From NCBI GenBank assembly GCA_045633415.1, contig JAZQYH010000001.1, forward strand, positions 938-64,937: a stretch of 64,000 nt of DNA, in the 5' to 3' direction. Of the stretch, positions 18,198-28,946 are shown piece by piece. Under the pieces are notes generated by a model. That model was given only the letters and a program-made list of their open reading frames with translations, searched no databases and was not told the DNA's origin. The DNA comes from Oscillospiraceae bacterium. Lineage in GTDB: Bacteria > Bacillota > Clostridia > Oscillospirales > Ruminococcaceae. Made by a program: the position numbers and the translations under genes. Every line of letters begins with the position of its first letter. Position 1 is the stretch's first letter.

Positions 18198-19373
18198 ATG
18201 AATTTCAGAGAATTAGCAGAAAAAGCTGAAAGCTATATCATCGACAGAAGAAGATACTACCATCAGCATCCTGAACTTTCTGAACAGGAAAAAAATACAA
18301 CAGCAGCTATCATCAAAGACCTTGAAGCTATGGGTCTTGAAGTTAAAACTTATGAATCTGTAGGTGCATACGGCTGTACAGCAGATATCGTTGGCGGACA
18401 GCCAGGTAAAACAGTTGCTCTGCGTGCAGACATCGACGCACTGCCAGTATGTGAAGAAACAGGCCTTGAATTTGCATCAACAAACGGTTGCATGCACGCT
18501 TGTGGTCACGACTGCCATATTTCCATGCTTCTTGGCGCGGCAAAAATGCTGTCTGAAAACAAAGAACACCTTAAAGGTACAGTTCGCCTTATTTTCCAGC
18601 CAGCTGAAGAAACAGGCTTTGGCGCACCAGCATTTATCAAAGCAGGTGTTCTTGATGGTGTAGATGCTATCTATGGCGCACATATCTGGAATGCTCTTGC
18701 AGCACCTTATGTAAATATTGAAAGCGGCAACAGAATGGCTTCCACAGCTGAATTCCATGTTGAAATCGAAGGTATGTCTTCCCACGGCTCAGCACCAGAA
18801 GATGGTATCGATGCAATCGTTGCAATGAGCGCTATTATAATGAACCTGCAGACATTTGTTTCCAGAAACAACAGCCCACTTAACCCACTGGTTGTATCAG
18901 TAGGTAAAGTTGAAGCAGGCAGCCGTTGGAATGTTATCGCTGGTAAAGCAAAATTTGAAGGTACAGTAAGAACATTCTCCAAAGATATGCTGGAAGAAGC
19001 TCCAAAGGTTATTTCCAGAATCGTTGAAAACACAGCTGCAGCTTATGGTGCAAAAGCAAAATTGTCCAGCTTTAAATGGATGGTTGTACCAGTTATCAAC
19101 GACCACGAAAATCTGGTAAAAATCGGTCAGGAAGCAGTTAAAAAACTGTATGGCGAAGAAGGTCTGGCACCAATGCAGACACTTATGGGTGGTGAAGACT
19201 TTTCCTTCTATATGCAGAAAGTTCCTGGTGTATTCGGCTTTATCGGCAGCAATAACCCAGAAACAGGCAAAATCTATCCTAACCATCACGAAAAATACGA
19301 TATTGATGAAGAAGTTCTCAAACGTGGTGCAGCAGTTTATGCACAGTTTGCACACGACTTCCTTGCAGAATAA
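18198..19373 (+). CDS. M20 family amidohydrolase (N-acyl-amino-acid / hippurate hydrolase type)
   Basis: 391 aa with RRYYHQHPELSEQE, ALRADIDALP, HACGHD and FQPAEE. Confidence 0.88.
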   Translation: MNFRELAEKAESYIIDRRRYYHQHPELSEQEKNTTAAIIKDLEAMGLEVKTYESVGAYGCTADIVGGQPGKTVALRADIDALPVCEETGLEFASTNGCMHACGHDCHISMLLGAAKMLSENKEHLKGTVRLIFQPAEETGFGAPAFIKAGVLDGVDAIYGAHIWNALAAPYVNIESGNRMASTAEFHVEIEGMSSHGSAPEDGIDAIVAMSAIIMNLQTFVSRNNSPLNPLVVSVGKVEAGSRWNVIAGKAKFEGTVRTFSKDMLEEAPKVISRIVENTAAAYGAKAKLSSFKWMVVPVINDHENLVKIGQEAVKKLYGEEGLAPMQTLMGGEDFSFYMQKVPGVFGFIGSNNPETGKIYPNHHEKYDIDEEVLKRGAAVYAQFAHDFLAE

Positions 19374-19383
19374 TAATTAAAAT

Positions 19384-19417
19384 AAAAATCCCTGTATGGA
19401 TTCATACAGGGATTTTT
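19384..19417. terminator. Bidirectional terminator
   Basis: AAAAATCCCTGTATG-gattc-ATACAGGGATTTTT between convergent genes. Confidence 0.85.
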
Positions 19418-20538
19418 TATATGGAATTGTAGTAGTTGATAATATATTCAGCACCAGCTTGATTGCCACCATAAGCGGACATAGAGCTGTGGATAATATC
19501 CATATTGTTGCTGATATCAGTATTATCCAGCAGGGAATACACAGAGCTTTTGATAGAATTGGCACTAGCCTGTGAAAAATTTAAAACTATACCTGCACCG
19601 ATATCTTTGATTGTCTGTGCATTTCTTGGCTGGTCAGCATAGAAGGGAATAACAACCATAGGCACCTTATGTACAAGGGCTTCAGATATGCTGTTCATAC
19701 CACCATGGGTTATAAAAACATCAGCCATTTTAAGCACATGTAACTGGTCAACAAAATTGTATATATGAATATTGGAAGGTATGTTTTTCAGCTTGCCGGC
19801 ATCAAATTTTTTGCCGGCGGAAATAATCACATCAATATTTTCGTCCCTGAATGCATCTATACAGCTGTTAAAGAATTTTTTACCACCTTTAATTACAGTG
19901 CCCAGCGATATATAGACAAGGGGGCGGTCTGATTTATTAAAATTAAAATACTGTCCATTTCTTTCATATACAGACGGACCAATAAATTTAAACTTTGCTT
20001 TGTCAAACAGTTCAAAATACGGCTGGGTTTCCTTTGATGTGTAAACAAGGTTAAGCCGTGGTGTATTTTCTGTTATTTCATCCAGCCAGTTGTCTGTTTT
20101 TAAAGTAAAATCTTTTGCGATATCCTTTGTAAAAGCTTTGGCTATACATTTATAGCGAAATATGCCCAAGGCGCCGCCACTTTTTATAATTTCATCCATC
20201 AGATGTTTGTTTGTGGCGTAGGATGAAAAAATGCGCACAGCAGGCTTGCTATATTTTTCTGCCAGATGTTTGCCAAGAAAGAAAAACTGCTCGTAAACAA
20301 CCATGTCAAAACCAGTGATAATCTTCTGCGCTTCCAATATGGCATTTTTTATCTGTTCAGCCAGCTGTGGATGGTTTTTATACCCGTGAAATCTTGCGCC
20401 ACAGCCATCCAGTTGATTTTCCCAGCCAAAAGGCAACATATATGTTACATCACAGCCCAGATTTATCAGTTCGTTGACCAGACCTATTGTAGGCACAATA
20501 TGGCCGGTATATGGCAGATTGATAAACAGTATTTTCAT
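19417..20538 (-). CDS. MGT-family (macrolide-type, GT1) UDP-glycosyltransferase
   Basis: 373 aa starting MKILFINLPYTGHIVPTIGLVNELINLG, with the C-terminal donor motif THGGMNSISEAL...P...DQP. Confidence 0.8.
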   Translation of the reverse strand: MKILFINLPYTGHIVPTIGLVNELINLGCDVTYMLPFGWENQLDGCGARFHGYKNHPQLAEQIKNAILEAQKIITGFDMVVYEQFFFLGKHLAEKYSKPAVRIFSSYATNKHLMDEIIKSGGALGIFRYKCIAKAFTKDIAKDFTLKTDNWLDEITENTPRLNLVYTSKETQPYFELFDKAKFKFIGPSVYERNGQYFNFNKSDRPLVYISLGTVIKGGKKFFNSCIDAFRDENIDVIISAGKKFDAGKLKNIPSNIHIYNFVDQLHVLKMADVFITHGGMNSISEALVHKVPMVVIPFYADQPRNAQTIKDIGAGIVLNFSQASANSIKSSVYSLLDNTDISNNMDIIHSSMSAYGGNQAGAEYIINYYNSI

Positions 20539-20629
20539 ATTGCACCTCCTTTTAATATATTGCTATTTTATCATGTTGGGGGCATATAAACAATGGGTAC
20601 AGCTTTCACTGTACCCATTAAATATTTTA

Positions 20630-21985
20630 TTATTTATCAAGACCAACGATTGGCAGTTTTTCAGTTGTGAATGTTTCAGTTTTCTGCATGGAATCCTGGA
20701 ACTTGATGTAGCTTTCTTTAGTCATGATTGGTTTGTAGTCAGCGATGTTTTCTTTTGCAGCTGCAGCGCCATCTTTCATCAGACGGTAAGCTGTAAGAGC
20801 AAAGATTTTAGCTGTAACTACATAAGCAAGGTATGGGTCAGAAACTACAAGGTCAGGACCATGGATAGTACCTTCTACACCACCTGTGTTGAAGTGAACC
20901 AGCGGCATAAGGCAGGAAACATCACCGAAGTCATCTGAACCTGTGGAGTGACCTTCGCTGTCAACCTGGTTTGTGTATTTACCTTCTGCCTTGATATCAT
21001 CAAGAACAGACTGCAGAACTTCTGTATGTGGGTTAGCCATCTGTGACATGTAGCCAGCCATTGTTTCAATAACAACATCACAACCTGTTGCCATAGCAGC
21101 AGCTTTGAATGAACGGTCAACTTTGTCAGATGCATTTTTGTATGCTTCTGGTGTTTTACCACGTGTGCAGTACTGCATGATAACTTCGTCAGCGATAATG
21201 TTTACAGCGCTACCGCCGTTGGAGATAAAGCCGTGGCAACGAACAGAGTCTTCATCACGGAAAGATTCCTGCTGGAGAGCAATGTTTACAAGAGCAGCTG
21301 TTGCAGCGTTAAGAGCGTCGATACCGTGGTGTGGCATACCTGCAGCGTGTGCAGAACGACCTTTGAATGTAACAGTTTTGTTTACAAAGCCGTTGGATGT
21401 GGAGTTGATGATACCCATATCCAGACCTGTGGAGGAGTGGTGACCCATAGAGATGTCGATATCATCAAAAGCACCAATACGGATAAGTTCACACTTACCG
21501 CCACCGTAGCCAAGTTTGCCTTCTTTCATCATCTGGTTTTTCCACTGAATGTCAACAAATTCTTCAGCTGGTACTGCGAAGAAGCAGATGTTTCCACCCA
21601 TAGCTTCTTTAACTTCTGGGTCTGTCAGAGCCATTGCGGCACCTACAACACCTGTAATCTGTGCATGGTGACCACAGGAGTGGGAAACACCATTGTATGC
21701 ATCTGGATGGTTAGGAATTGGCAGACCATCCATTTCGCCGATAATAGCAAGTGTAGGACCTTCTACACTGCCTTTTTCATGCAGGTAAGATTTAACACCT
21801 GTGAAAGCCAGTCCAGTTTCGCTTTCAAGACCCAGTTTAGCCATTTCTTCTACGAATTTGCCAGAAGTTCTTACTTCTTTATAGCCCAGTTCAGCGTGGT
21901 TCCAGATGTCTGTACCGAAAGCCATGATTTCTTCGGCTTTCTTGTCAATAATGTCTACAATTTTTTGTTCGATTCTGTCTAACAT
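20630..21985 (-). CDS. M20 family peptidase/amidohydrolase (AbgB-like)
   Basis: 451 aa with WNHAELGYKEVRTS, SCGHHAQ, FAVPAEE and the dimerisation-domain pattern. Confidence 0.75.
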   Translation of the reverse strand: MLDRIEQKIVDIIDKKAEEIMAFGTDIWNHAELGYKEVRTSGKFVEEMAKLGLESETGLAFTGVKSYLHEKGSVEGPTLAIIGEMDGLPIPNHPDAYNGVSHSCGHHAQITGVVGAAMALTDPEVKEAMGGNICFFAVPAEEFVDIQWKNQMMKEGKLGYGGGKCELIRIGAFDDIDISMGHHSSTGLDMGIINSTSNGFVNKTVTFKGRSAHAAGMPHHGIDALNAATAALVNIALQQESFRDEDSVRCHGFISNGGSAVNIIADEVIMQYCTRGKTPEAYKNASDKVDRSFKAAAMATGCDVVIETMAGYMSQMANPHTEVLQSVLDDIKAEGKYTNQVDSEGHSTGSDDFGDVSCLMPLVHFNTGGVEGTIHGPDLVVSDPYLAYVVTAKIFALTAYRLMKDGAAAAKENIADYKPIMTKESYIKFQDSMQKTETFTTEKLPIVGLDK

Positions 21986-22145
21986 AATTTTTGCCTCTCT
22001 CTAATATTTATACAACGTTCGCTTATAAAAAGCAATTAATGTTTACAGTATACTACCATAATCAGTTTTTGTAAAGTATAAACTTGCATTTTACTATTAA
22101 AAAGTTTTATATTAAAACAATGGAATAAACACAGAACAGCCAACA

Positions 22146-22175
22146 AAAAAACGACCTTTTCACAGGTCGTTTTTA
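22146..22175 (-). terminator. Intrinsic terminator of the murD operon
   Basis: On the minus strand, AAAAACGACCT-gtgaaa-AGGTCGTTTTTTT. Confidence 0.85.
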
Positions 22176-22186
22176 TTATATTGATG

Positions 22187-23449
22187 TTATTTATTTCTTA
22201 TATTGGCAACATTCTGTGCAGATAGCAGAACAGCGGCACGGGATGCGTCAAATGTTGTGCCACCCTGCATATATGCAATGAATGGTTCACGCAGTGGGGC
22301 GTCACAGGAGAGTTCAATGGAAGAACCCATTGTAAATGCGCCAGCAGCCATAATAATCTGGCTGTCGTAACCTGGCATATCACCTGGTTCTGGTGCAGCA
22401 TAGCTGTCGATAGGACTGCCAGCCTGAATACCACGGCAGATTGCGATTACATTTTCTGCATTTTCGGCACAGATAGAAGTGATGATATCATTTCTGTCTT
22501 CCATGTATCTTGGCTCTGTTTCAAAGCCCATTTTTTCATACAGACAGGAAGCATAAATACTTGTTTTCAGTGCATTTGCAGTAATCATTGGTGCAAAGTA
22601 TACACCGAGATACATTTCTCGCATTACGTCCAGAGAACAGCCGATTTCCCTGCCTGTGCCAGGCGCAGACAGTCTGTGACCACACATTTCAACAAGGTCT
22701 TTTCTGCCTGCAATATAGCCGCCAGTTGGAGCAATGCCACCGCCTGGGTTTTTGATAAGTGAGCCCATAATCAGGTCTGCACCATAAGCCAGAGGTTCTT
22801 CTGTATGTGTGTATTCGCCATAGCAGTTATCTACCATAACGATAATATCTGGGTTATGAGTTCTTGCGGCATCAGAAATAGCTTTGATAGTTTCAAGACT
22901 CAGTGCTTTTCTTTTTGCATAGCCACGGCTGCGCTGAATGTAGCACACTTTTGCTGTGCGGCATTTTTCCCGTATTGTTTCAAGGTCAGGTTCGCTGTTT
23001 GCTAGCAGGTCACACTGGTCGTATTTTACACCATAGTCCATCAGGTTGCCAAAGTGACTGCCGTCAATACCGATTACACCGTGCAGTGTGTCATATGGAG
23101 TGCCTGTTGCACAGAACATAGTGTCGCCACTGCGCAGTACACCAAACAGAGCTACTGTAAGCGTGTGTGTGCCGCTCATAAAGTTGTAACGGCACAGTGC
23201 ATCCTCTGCACCCATAATATCAGCAAACAGTCTGTCCAGACCATCACGGCCTCTGTCGTCATAACCGTAGCCTGTTGTGCCTACCAGATGTGTTGCAGAA
23301 ATACCGTTGTCAATAAATGCTTTCAGCACTTTCATCTGGTTGTATGAAGCAACTTCATCCACTTTTTCAAAATATGGTTTGCAGATTTCCATTACTTCTT
23401 TATCAAGTGCCAGCATATCTGGCTTGATATCAAAAAATTTTCCTATCAT
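22187..23449 (-). CDS. YnbB / aluminium-resistance family PLP-dependent enzyme (methionine gamma-lyase fold)
   Basis: 420 aa with VLKAFIDNGISATHLVGTTGYGYDDRGRDGLDRLFADIMGAEDALCRYNFMSGTH and GSLIKNPGGGIAPTGGYIAG. Confidence 0.8.
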   Translation of the reverse strand: MIGKFFDIKPDMLALDKEVMEICKPYFEKVDEVASYNQMKVLKAFIDNGISATHLVGTTGYGYDDRGRDGLDRLFADIMGAEDALCRYNFMSGTHTLTVALFGVLRSGDTMFCATGTPYDTLHGVIGIDGSHFGNLMDYGVKYDQCDLLANSEPDLETIREKCRTAKVCYIQRSRGYAKRKALSLETIKAISDAARTHNPDIIVMVDNCYGEYTHTEEPLAYGADLIMGSLIKNPGGGIAPTGGYIAGRKDLVEMCGHRLSAPGTGREIGCSLDVMREMYLGVYFAPMITANALKTSIYASCLYEKMGFETEPRYMEDRNDIITSICAENAENVIAICRGIQAGSPIDSYAAPEPGDMPGYDSQIIMAAGAFTMGSSIELSCDAPLREPFIAYMQGGTTFDASRAAVLLSAQNVANIRNK

Positions 23450-24174
23450 ATATGTTCTTTCCTCAGTTGATATAAATATGTTTCTTTGGTTGTCTCAAAG
23501 CCCAGTTTGTTATAAAAAGGTATCAGTTCACTTTCACACATCAGTATTATATCCTGCTGATTGTTTTCGCTGATAATATGCCTGATAACCTTTCTGGCAA
23601 GTCCCTGATGTCTGCAGTTTTTTGCAGTGGATACAAATGTGAGATAAAGTGCATTGTCAAACTTTGTTGCCAGTGCACCGGAAACAATCTTTCCGTTTTG
23701 TTCCAGATAATAAATATCAGAAATCTGCCGGTTTACCTTTCGTGCAAAGTATGAATAAACAGTTTTAAAGGATACTCCCGAAAAATTTGAACAGCTGAAC
23801 TGTGAAAACTGATAAATATTTTCGTTTTTTATAATTTCATTACAGCTGTCTGCGGTGCCACCAGTGTAGTTCATCAGATACATGGTGTTTTTTGAATCCA
23901 GTGGCAAATCGTCATATCCGTATTCCAGACCATAAACTCCCAGAAACTGACAGAATGAAAGCAGTTCTTCCACATCATTCTCTGCCAGTTTGCCACACAC
24001 TGAAAGATTTTCACCCATCAGCATAAGATTGTTTTTACCAAAACAATAGAAATTGTTTAAAACGGAGTTTTTGTCAGAGAGATATTCACTTTTTATTTTC
24101 TGTGTGAGAAAGTCAGATTGTCTGTCTAGATTTTTTTCAAACTGTTCTGTCTGGCTGGAAGCTGTAGTAATCAT
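23446..24174 (-). CDS. Protein with a C-terminal GNAT acetyltransferase domain
   Basis: 242 aa. CRHQGLARKVIRHII matches the acetyl-CoA-binding motif. Has 4-nt overlaps with both neighbours. Confidence 0.65.
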   Translation of the reverse strand: MITTASSQTEQFEKNLDRQSDFLTQKIKSEYLSDKNSVLNNFYCFGKNNLMLMGENLSVCGKLAENDVEELLSFCQFLGVYGLEYGYDDLPLDSKNTMYLMNYTGGTADSCNEIIKNENIYQFSQFSCSNFSGVSFKTVYSYFARKVNRQISDIYYLEQNGKIVSGALATKFDNALYLTFVSTAKNCRHQGLARKVIRHIISENNQQDIILMCESELIPFYNKLGFETTKETYLYQLRKEHI

Positions 24175-25559
24175 AAGGCATTTACCAAATCTTTAAAGTG
24201 TCTGCCACGAACTTCAAAGTTAGGGTAGAAGTCAAAGCTGGCAGAAGCAGGGCTGAGGGAAACAATATCACCTTCAGATGTATTTTCGTACATCAGTTGT
24301 ACAGCGTGTTCCATATTGTCGGCACGGAGAATCTTAATACCGGATTTTTCAAAGTCTGGATGTTCTCTTACCACTTTTTCAATGGCTGGTCCTGTCTGAC
24401 CCATTACTACAAGCAGTTTTACATTGTCGATAACTGGCTGTGCCAGTGGTTCGTATGGTATTTTTTTGTCATAGCCACCTGCAATAATGCAGATTTTCTG
24501 TGGGAATGAACGCAGACCAGCAATAGTTCTTGTCGGGCTGGAAGCGATAGAGTCGTTAAACCACTGTACACCATTAAGTGTGCGCACAGGTTCGATTCTG
24601 TGTTCTACACCTTTGAATTCTTTTGCCACCTGTGTCATAACTTCAAATGGTACATCACCATTTACAGCGCAGAATGCTGCCAGCAGATTTTCAAGGTTGT
24701 GCTTGCCACGCAGACCTACTTCGTCCTGATGTACTATTTTTTCGCCGCCTACACACAGCATGCCGTTACTGTCGATATAGCCACAGTCAGGCAGGTTGCT
24801 GATATCTGTAAGTCTTGTGAAGAACAGGCATTTGCCTTTTACATCGTCTTCCATATTACGGCTTACATCGTTTTCAAAGCCCAGAACTGCTTTGCTGTCT
24901 CTGCCCTGATGAATAAGGATGTTGCGTTTTGCATCAATATATTCCTGCATATCTTTGTGGTGGTCCAGATGGTTTGGTGTAACGTTTGTAACCACAGCCA
25001 CATCAGGAGACTGCTTCATTGAAATCAGCTGGAAGCTGGACAGTTCAACCACCGCAACATCGCTTTCTTTAACTTCTCTCACGATTGGAAGCAGTGCCTT
25101 GCCGATATTACCGCCAAGATGCACAGTTTTACCGCTTTCTTTCAGCATTTCACTGATGAGTGTAGTGGTTGTTGTTTTGCCGTCAGAGCCTGTTACAGCA
25201 TAGATTTTACATGGGCACAGCTGGAAGAACAGTTCCATTTCACTGGTTACATCTACACCCAGTGCCAGCTGGTCCTGAAGTTCTTTTGTGAAAAATTCAA
25301 AACCAGGTGTTCTCATAATCATATCCTGATTTTTCAGGCCTTCAAGATAATTTTCCCCAAGAGAAAGGTTTACTCCCAGTTCTTTTAGTGTCTGGCCATA
25401 TTCGCCGAAACCTTCCAGTGTTTTTTTGTCACAGAGAGTTACAACAGCACCTTCCTGTGAAAAAATTTCTATAAGTTTTTTATGGCTTACACCAGCACCG
25501 ATAAAAGCCACTTTTTTTCCTTTTAAATTTTCAAAAAACAATTCTGCTTTGCTTTTCAT
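24171..25559 (-). CDS. murD: UDP-N-acetylmuramoylalanine--D-glutamate ligase
   Basis: Start trimmed to MKSKAELFFENLKGKKVAFIGAGVSH (GAGGTG SD). Has AVTGSDGKTTTTTL (P-loop) and NVTPNHLDHH. Confidence 0.92.
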   Translation of the reverse strand: MKSKAELFFENLKGKKVAFIGAGVSHKKLIEIFSQEGAVVTLCDKKTLEGFGEYGQTLKELGVNLSLGENYLEGLKNQDMIMRTPGFEFFTKELQDQLALGVDVTSEMELFFQLCPCKIYAVTGSDGKTTTTTLISEMLKESGKTVHLGGNIGKALLPIVREVKESDVAVVELSSFQLISMKQSPDVAVVTNVTPNHLDHHKDMQEYIDAKRNILIHQGRDSKAVLGFENDVSRNMEDDVKGKCLFFTRLTDISNLPDCGYIDSNGMLCVGGEKIVHQDEVGLRGKHNLENLLAAFCAVNGDVPFEVMTQVAKEFKGVEHRIEPVRTLNGVQWFNDSIASSPTRTIAGLRSFPQKICIIAGGYDKKIPYEPLAQPVIDNVKLLVVMGQTGPAIEKVVREHPDFEKSGIKILRADNMEHAVQLMYENTSEGDIVSLSPASASFDFYPNFEVRGRHFKDLVNAL

Positions 25560-25799
25560 AAAGCACCTCTTTCTTATTCGGGGTTGAAAAATCAATCCGG
25601 AAATAAAAATTATCATATACTTATTATAATGTCAAAAGCTGATTATATCAACCTTATCTGCAAAAAGTTACAAGATTATTTTATATTATATAGTCATAGT
25701 ACAGAAAACAGCCGATAATACAATTACCGCCTCCTAGAGAAATTCATAGGAGGCGGTAACTGTATTAGGAGACTAAATGTTTTATATAGTTATATTCTA

Positions 25800-28436
25800 T
25801 TATGCGTTGGCTTTATCCTGATTGATTTTTGCCTGTGCAGCTGCCAGTCTTGCGATTGGCACACGATATGGTGAGCAGGATACATAGTTCAGACCAGCTG
25901 ACTGGAAGAACTGGATGGAAACAGGGTCACCACCATGTTCACCACAAACACCCAGCTTGATTTCTGGTCTTGTTTCTTTTGCCCAGCCTGCAGCCATTCT
26001 GATAAGTTTACCAACACCTGTCTGGTCCAGTTTAGTTGTTGGGTCGTATTCAAAGATTCTGTTTTTGAAGTAGTCATCAAGAATCTGGCTTGCATCGTCA
26101 CGGGACAGACCATAAGTTGTCTGTGTCAGGTCGTTTGTACCAAAGCTGAAGAATTCAGCATATTTGGAAATTTCATCTGTCATAAGAGCAGCACGAGGAA
26201 TTTCAATCATAGCGCCCACTTTGTATCTCAGGTCCATACCCTGTTCAGCAAATACTTTTCTTGCTTCTTCATCAACAATGCCCTTTACAAAGTTAAGTTC
26301 AGCGGCATCACAAACCAGTGGAATCATGATTTCTGGTTCTACACGGATACCTTCTCTTGCTACATTGATAGCAGCCTGCATAACAGCTCTTGTCTGCATT
26401 CTTGCGATTTCTGGGTAAGAGATAGCCAGACGGCAGCCACGGTGACCAAGCATTGGGTTTGTTTCCTGCAGGCGTCTTACAGCCACTTTCAGTTCTGTAA
26501 AGGACATACCCATTTCGTATGCTGTTACAGATGTTTCGTCATCACCGTGTGGCAGGAATTCATGCAGTGGTGGGTCAAGGAAACGGATTGTAACTGGCAG
26601 GCCAGCCATTTCTCTGTACAGACCTTCAAAGTCCATCTGCTGCATTGGCAAGATTTTGTCCAGAGCAGCTACACGTTCAGCTGTGGATTTTGCCAGAATC
26701 ATCTGTCTCATTGCCAGAATTCTGTCTTTTTCAAAGAACATATGTTCTGTACGGCACAGACCGATACCTTCAGCACCAAACAGTCTTGCCTGACGTGCAT
26801 CTTTAGGTGTGTCAGCGTTTGTTCTTACGTTGAGTGTGCGAACCTGGTCTGCCCACTGCATAAATTTAGCAAAGTCACCAGACAGTGTAGCATCAACTGT
26901 AGGAATCATTTCAGCGTATACATTACCTGTGGAACCGTCTATGGAGATGTAGTCACCTTCGTTGATTCTTAAATCGCCAAAGTATGCTACTTTATTGTCA
27001 TTATCTACACGCAGAGTATGGCAACCGGATACACAGCATCTGCCCATACCACGTGCTACAACAGCTGCATGGCTTGTCATACCGCCACGTGCTGTAAGTA
27101 CACCTTTTGCAACAGCCATACCTTCAATATCTTCTGGGCTTGTTTCTACACGCACAAGGATAACTGCTTCGTTACGTTTGCTTGCAGCTTCTTTTGCATC
27201 TTCAGCATTGAAGTACACTCTGCCACATGCGGCACCAGGAGAAGCTGGCAGACCATGTGCCACAGCTTTTGCATTTTTCAGGCTTGTTGGTTCAAACTGT
27301 GGATGAAGCAGGGAATCCAGCTGGTTTGGTTCCACCTTCATCAGTGCCTCTTCTATTGTACACAGGCCCTGTTCTACCATATCTACAGCAATTTTGATAG
27401 CTGCCTGTGCTGTACGTTTACCGTTTCTTGTCTGCAGCATATACAGTTTGCCTTTTTCTATTGTGAACTCAAGGTCCTGCATATCCTGGTTGTGTTTTTC
27501 CAGAGTTTTGGCAATGTCCAGAATCTGTTCGTATGCCTTTGGCATTACCTGTGACAGCTGGTCGATTGTCTGTGGTGTTCTGATACCTGCAACAACGTCT
27601 TCGCCCTGTGCATTCATCAGGAATTCACCATAGAGTTTATTTTCACCTGTGGATGGGTTTCTTGTAAATGCAACACCTGTACCACAGTCATCACCCATGT
27701 TACCGAATACCATGGACTGAACTGTTACAGCAGTACCCCAGGAAGATGGAATATCATTCATACGTCTGTAGTAGATAGCACGAGGGTTTTCCCATGAGGA
27801 GAAAACAGCTTTAACAGCAGCCAGCAGCTGTGCACGGCTGTCTGTTGGGAAATCTTCACCGATTTCTTTTTTATATACTGCTTTAAAGTCAGCAACAGCT
27901 TTTTCAAGGTCTTCTACGTTGAGCTGATGGTCAAACTGAATACCTCTTGCTTCTTTGATAGCGTCCAGAGCATGGTCAAAATAATCTTTGGAGATGCCCA
28001 TTACAACATCTGAAAACATCTGGATAAAACGGCGGTATGCATCGTAAGCAAATCTTCTGTTGTTTGTCAGCTGTGCCAGACCTTCTACTACTTCATCGTT
28101 AAGACCAAGGTTCAGAACAGTGTCCATCATACCAGGCATAGATGCTCTGGCACCACTTCTTACAGAACAAAGCAGTGGATTTTCAGGGTCACCGAATTTT
28201 TTGCCAGTGATTTCTTCCAGTTTTTCAAGATATGTAAAAATCTGGTCTTGAATATCAGCAGAGATATTTTTGCCAGTTTCATAATAGTTTGTACAAGCTT
28301 CTGTTGTGATAGTAAAGCCCTGTGGAACAGGCATACCCAAGCTTGTCATTTCGGCAAGGTTTGCACCCTTACCACCAAGAAGCTCTCTCATAGAGCCATT
28401 GCCTTCACTGAAAAGATATACATATTTGTGTGTCAT
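25800..28436 (-). CDS. ppdK: Pyruvate, phosphate dikinase
   Basis: Start trimmed to MTHKYVYLFSEGNGSMRELLGGKGANLAEM (GGAGG SD). Has the phospho-His context GGMTSHAAVVARG and the C-terminal PEP-utilising domain CGEHGGDP. Confidence 0.95.
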   Translation of the reverse strand: MTHKYVYLFSEGNGSMRELLGGKGANLAEMTSLGMPVPQGFTITTEACTNYYETGKNISADIQDQIFTYLEKLEEITGKKFGDPENPLLCSVRSGARASMPGMMDTVLNLGLNDEVVEGLAQLTNNRRFAYDAYRRFIQMFSDVVMGISKDYFDHALDAIKEARGIQFDHQLNVEDLEKAVADFKAVYKKEIGEDFPTDSRAQLLAAVKAVFSSWENPRAIYYRRMNDIPSSWGTAVTVQSMVFGNMGDDCGTGVAFTRNPSTGENKLYGEFLMNAQGEDVVAGIRTPQTIDQLSQVMPKAYEQILDIAKTLEKHNQDMQDLEFTIEKGKLYMLQTRNGKRTAQAAIKIAVDMVEQGLCTIEEALMKVEPNQLDSLLHPQFEPTSLKNAKAVAHGLPASPGAACGRVYFNAEDAKEAASKRNEAVILVRVETSPEDIEGMAVAKGVLTARGGMTSHAAVVARGMGRCCVSGCHTLRVDNDNKVAYFGDLRINEGDYISIDGSTGNVYAEMIPTVDATLSGDFAKFMQWADQVRTLNVRTNADTPKDARQARLFGAEGIGLCRTEHMFFEKDRILAMRQMILAKSTAERVAALDKILPMQQMDFEGLYREMAGLPVTIRFLDPPLHEFLPHGDDETSVTAYEMGMSFTELKVAVRRLQETNPMLGHRGCRLAISYPEIARMQTRAVMQAAINVAREGIRVEPEIMIPLVCDAAELNFVKGIVDEEARKVFAEQGMDLRYKVGAMIEIPRAALMTDEISKYAEFFSFGTNDLTQTTYGLSRDDASQILDDYFKNRIFEYDPTTKLDQTGVGKLIRMAAGWAKETRPEIKLGVCGEHGGDPVSIQFFQSAGLNYVSCSPYRVPIARLAAAQAKINQDKANA

Positions 28437-28918
28437 AACACGCCTCCAAAAAATATATTTTAGTAATGGGATATTTGTTGATTTTATTATAACACAACAT
28501 TTATGCAAAAATATGACTTAATAGTACATAACAAAACAACTTTGTATAATTGTACAAATACCATATAAAGTGTTAAAACCTTTTGTATAAAATTTATATC
28601 TGTTTTTTAAAACCATTAATAAATTATTCATATTTTTCCAAAAATGTCAGTTACTTCGTTAAAACATTGACGTTTGTTACACAAACATGGATAAATATAT
28701 CCCGAAAAAGGGCTATAGTATCAGTTGAATAAATATGTGTAATATACAGGAATACAGTTGTATAAAATGGGTGGAATTACAGCCCGAAAACATTTTCGAA
28801 AATATCAAAAACAGCAGGTTTAACCCCGAAAATCATGAAAAACACACTGAAATATGTATAACTATACTAAAATGACAAATGTTTATTTATGGTTTTTTAC
28901 AAAGTTGTTGTTAAAACA

Positions 28919-28946
28919 TTGACATTTTTCGATGGCTGGCTATAAT
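28919..28946 (+). promoter_or_regulatory. SigmaA-type promoter of T-box leader 1
   Basis: TTGACA (28919-24), 16 nt, TATAAT (28941-46). Confidence 0.7.

Noticed and set aside
25935-27554. Long + strand ORFs (345, 178, 114 aa) inside ppdK
   Set aside because: They are antisense shadows of a confidently identified gene.
28437-28508. N-terminal extensions in the ORF track (ppdK here; also murD 25560-25616, binding protein 29217-29297, ATPase 32704-32787 and GNAT 52612-52713)
   Set aside because: In each case an internal ATG with a good SD matches the conserved N-terminus of the family. The extension either overlaps a neighbouring gene or runs through a terminator.
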